From an uncultured Acidobacteriaceae bacterium (GTDB taxonomy: Bacteria; Acidobacteriota; Terriglobia; Terriglobales; Acidobacteriaceae), in NCBI GenBank assembly GCA_963699875.1, contig CAVOVN010000011.1, forward strand, positions 6,744 through 70,743: a DNA stretch of 64,000 nucleotides, given 5' to 3'. Positions 63,975 to 64,000 of this stretch are shown one piece after another. Below the pieces are notes generated by a model. The model was not told where the DNA came from. It was given only the letters and a program-made list of their open reading frames with translations, and did no database searches. A program made the position numbers and the translations under genes. The number at the start of each line of letters is the position of its first letter. The first letter of the stretch is position 1.

Positions 63975-64000
63975 CGGTCATCTTGTCACGGGCAAATTCG

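Overview
High-GC (about 60%) bacterial chromosome segment. It covers the replication-origin neighbourhood: rpmH-rnpA-yidD-yidC-jag on the plus strand, divergent from dnaA-dnaN on the minus strand. The rest is housekeeping and accessory genes: atpI-atpB-atpE, zwf, mutS2, tldD/pmbA, sua5, gluQ, mpg, E1 alpha/beta dehydrogenase and class II ribonucleotide reductase nrdJ. Four PEP-CTERM proteins, an S53 sedolisin-type peptidase and several dispersed palindromic repeat families suggest Acidobacteriota; that is inference only. I recognised no rRNA, tRNA or CRISPR array.

Main points:
1. A fluoride riboswitch not visible in the ORF track sits upstream of crcB-DUF190.
2. A lower-GC PEP-CTERM/S53 accessory cluster (about 48.9-57.6 kb) carries a duplicated 113-nt leader box plus small ORF, and an identical 25-nt 5-prime-UTR hairpin used twice.
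3. A GxxExxY nuclease-family gene is bracketed by near-identical 32-nt inverted repeats, with an empty repeat pair nearby.
4. Three palindromic repeat copies are inserted in frame inside nrdJ, resembling Rickettsia RPEs.
5. A low-GC island of unknown ORFs lies after nrdJ.
6. Many conserved, partly essential genes (thiO-like, E1 alpha, lolA-like, rnpA, yidC, pmbA, uvrC-like, nrdJ) are broken by single-base frame shifts, almost all +1, plus one in-frame TAG. I read this as probable assembly or sequencing error rather than decay, but the sequence alone cannot settle it.

I found no clearly novel multi-gene system that I can support. The duplicated PEP-CTERM leader module and the post-nrdJ island are the best candidates.
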